Assembly (NCBI RefSeq): GCF_004010195.1 | Contig: NC_057728.1 | Location: forward strand, 54,211,607 to 54,275,606 | Length of the DNA stretch: 64,000 nt | From: Chiloscyllium plagiosum | Lineage: Eukaryota | Reading direction: 5' to 3' | Shown: piece after piece, positions 63,495 to 64,000 of the stretch | How positions within the stretch are numbered: position 1 is the first letter of the stretch | Layout: every line of letters starts with the position of its first letter | Notes under the pieces: generated by a model | Seen by the model: the letters and a program-made list of their open reading frames with translations, nothing else | What the model was told of the DNA's origin: nothing | The model's database searches: none | Translations under genes and position numbers: made by a program

Positions 63495-63628
63495 TCCACA
63501 GTGCTTCAGTGAACTGCTTGTCTTTTCATCCTTCTGGTAACTATCTTATCACTGCATCGAGTGATTGTACTCTCAAGATAATGGATTTGTTGGAAGGAAG
63601 ATTGCTTTACACTCTTCATGGACACCAG
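63495..63628 (+). CDS. POC1B: POC1B exon 7 ([45 protein letters not shown]); gene continues beyond the window
   Basis: aacag| acceptor, |gtgaaa donor, 134 nt, WD40. Confidence 0.95.
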
Positions 63629-64000
63629 GTGAAAATAGTGACACATTATAAAGTGAAACTATTATGTATTTAGTTCTTTATAGTCTTTATAGTTCTCCAA
63701 TTGCTCTGTCATCTGATTCTGATTTACTTTTAAATCAGAATAAACCATTAGTGTTAAATCAGTAAATAAACTCAGCTGGGAAACTTGTACAAATTTGCTC
63801 CCTTCCAAAGGGATCTTGTGAAATGGCAGAAAACCTCTCAAAATGCGAAGTCACTTATATGTTTATTTATACTCTAATAGCTGTAAAGCAGTTTCATTTA
63901 TAGTTCTTTCTTAGAAAGGTATTATAGAAATGTGCATTAACATGACAAGTCTGAATGAAATGAAAACTTAATTATAAACTGCTCTTCAATAGACTAAACA

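Noticed and set aside
1..64000. CRISPR arrays, prokaryotic operons, rRNA
   Set aside because: None seen; the window is intron-rich vertebrate DNA.

Overview
Vertebrate genomic DNA, almost certainly from an elasmobranch (shark/ray), given the HE1-type V-SINEs and abundant CR1 LINEs. Two + strand genes lie in tandem. The first is the 3' end of ATP2B1 (PMCA1 Ca2+ pump): six exons, including the alternatively spliced site-C exon and the ETSL PDZ tail. The second is the CpG-island promoter and coding exons 1-7 of POC1B (WD40 centriolar protein). This is the same gene order as human 12q21.33, but no intronless GALNT4 ORF is visible in the POC1B introns. Most of the remaining sequence is decayed retroelements (CR1, Rex-Babar-like, several SINE families), a pogo/Tigger-type MITE and a probable solo LTR. 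The most striking unannotated signal is a set of short fold-back elements derived from Penelope-like elements (PLEs), in at least three or four families. They carry minimal hammerhead ribozyme cores (CUGANGA-stem II-GAAAC-GUC), and one young 215-bp copy has a 14-bp target-site duplication and an intact core. Repeat boundaries are approximate. Comparisons to human sequences are from recall, not from searches.
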